Shown here: one piece after another, positions 62,111 through 64,000 of the stretch
How the letters are laid out: every line of letters begins with the position of its first letter
Numbering within the stretch: position 1 is the stretch's first letter
Source of the DNA: Octopus sinensis
Taxonomy: Eukaryota
DNA: 64,000 nt
Direction of reading: 5' to 3'
Assembly (NCBI RefSeq): GCF_006345805.1
Contig: NC_042997.1
Span: 165,788,001 to 165,852,000 of the forward strand
Made by a program: the position numbers and the translations under genes
The notes under the pieces: model-generated
The model's database searches: none
Seen by the model: only the letters and a program-made list of their open reading frames with translations
What the model was told of the DNA's origin: nothing

Positions 62111-63019
62111 ATTGGTGATTATTGTTGATATTTTTGTATTGCATGAAAGAGAAATATATTTTCAATCAATTCTGTCAACATGTGTTGACTTGCTTATGCA
62201 CAAGACAATATCGCGCTATGTAAAATTATTATCTAAAATTATTTCGGTAGTTTATTTGATTTTCTGTGTATATCATTTAACTATATTAATATCAAGACAA
62301 AAATGTTTTAAGAGTTCATTTTATCCGTCTTATTAAATTTCTGTTGCAGTTGCTTTAAAATATTTTATATATACATTAATTGATATTACTTATAATTTGT
62401 TATCTAGTGATATTTTGATCTGTAACCCATAAAGGACTGGGATTTGCACAGCACATTTTATGAAAATGAGACTACCGTGCACTCATAAAAAACAAAAAAT
62501 AGTTAAAATATCTTCTTAGTATGGTGGCAAGTTTTATGCCATCTGAAAAGTCATTAGTTGAACTATTAGTTCTCTTGCATTCGGGGGAGCGGGGTATCGG
62601 AGCGTTTGAGTGACATTAGACCCCAGCAAACGCCCATAAATTAAATACATCTATTAGGGCCACGATCATGGCCTGTCAACCTGTGCTTGACGGCCAGGAT
62701 TGTGGCCCGTCACAATTTATGTGTTAAATACAGGAAAACAAAAATTTTAACAACTATAATCTAAAATAACTGAAACTGGAAAAACGGCTCCTATAACATG
62801 AAAAATATGAATATAGAATTAAAGATACCAAACTAAATAATGTAACGTGTTTATTCATAATGTCTAATGTAACATGTTTATGTGCTCTCCTGACAAACTT
62901 GTATGCGCAACACTGGAGAAAAATAAATAAGTAGAAAGGTAAAATGTATCACAGTAACTAGCCTTCCTCTCCTGAGCAAGTTCTAGTCTGATGGACTACT
63001 GTGAAAGATATTCTATCTG

Positions 63020-63205
63020 GTCTCATGACTTGCTAGAAGTAGCAGTAAATCTCTCTCAAATTATACCCTACCATTTTTAAAAAATGTACAACTACATTGT
63101 GTACTATAGTTTAAGGTATACTAAAAGACAAGATGGTGAAGATGAATGCTTTTGATCATATATCTGTCTACTTACTTCAGGGCTGACTTGGGGCTAAATA
63201 ACAAT
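63020..63205 (+). repeat. Old dispersed repeat family D
   Basis: The motif TAGAAATAGCAGCYAAATCTC..CAAAT...GGGCTGACCTGGGGCTAAACAAC recurs near 240, 2560, 3405, 32750, 46720 and 54390. Confidence 0.6.
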
Positions 63206-64000
63206 ATCCTAGACTTTATCCTCACAAAGCCATCTGATTGATTGATAAAGTCTCAGTCACCAGTGCTCTTCAACTTCTAACCTGTAGAATTCTTTACCTT
63301 TTCTATTGCAACTACAGTAGTTTTTTTTTTACTTTTAGAACTATCTAGCTGCATGCCAACTCTGTCCAAGATTTCCCCTCATCATTCACACTGTTTCACC
63401 TTCACACCAGTATACACAATTCTCCTTAGAACATCAACCCAGTGAAATTCTTTTACTCCCATATATTATCCTGTAGTTGTTGACTTTCAGATATTTAAAC
63501 TGAATACCAGTTGTATCAATCTCCAGATTAATGGAATGCCAGTGAAAGTGAAGGTCACAGCCCTATTCTTGCTGATTAAACATAAAAAAGATAGCATTTG
63601 ACCTATAAAATGTATAAAAATATTGTATCAATAAAAAGAAAAGTTTCAAAAAAATGAAAGGAAAGACGAGCAGTTTTCTAAATTTAATCATCATAGATAA
63701 AAATTATTTCAACTTTCTAGCTCCAGTAGTTTCTCTCACATAGGAACAGGCAATCAAGCAATGAACCAAACAAACCTGGTTAAGATAGCAACACTGAATT
63801 TTATGATGGTTGAACATGGTGGATGTGGAGAAGGATGGTAATGGTGTGTGACAACCGATATTTACTTGAAAACTTATTTTATTTCTGTGTGAAATGTTGA
63901 CAGTAGGTTAACTTGTGTAAAACAATTCTTATCTTACTGCAGTGACTACTCTTTTGTCTTCCTCCTCCCCCTCCTCTTTACTTTTCACTATCTCTCTCTC

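Noticed and set aside
63744-63837. Candidate exon of the downstream gene (CATAG|...GATG|GTAATG)
   Set aside because: Splice-like ends only; no recognisable protein similarity in any frame.

Overview
AT-rich eukaryotic genomic DNA, most likely from an octopus (inferred from the repeat families and composition, not proven). It holds one complete gene on the + strand, CCDC146: 19 coding exons from 6503 to 54095, all GT-AG, phases consistent, 2931 nt, 976 aa. This gene lies head-to-head with the first coding exon of RUVBL1/Pontin (918-1058, - strand), and two RFX X-box-like motifs sit between them. A second strong X-box with a CCAAT box and a splice donor near 57.9-58.1 kb suggests another ciliary gene starts downstream. 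The introns are packed with mobile DNA: a young, GC/CpG-rich CR1/L2-type LINE (34.0-37.4 kb) whose ORF2 is broken by one base; RTE LINEs with a PHD-like finger and modular 3'UTRs; older CR1 fragments; an R4/Dong-like fragment in (TAA)n; a deleted LTR element; mariner and hAT derivatives; Helitron-like elements beside a 165-166 bp tandem array; several tRNA-derived SINE families; and an intronic tRNA-Gln(TTG). There is no CRISPR array, rRNA or prokaryotic system. I did not find a clearly new biological system. The best leads are the foreign-looking LINE and the RUVBL1/CCDC146 promoter architecture. All coordinates were read by hand, so repeat boundaries are approximate, and family names come from recalled knowledge rather than database searches.
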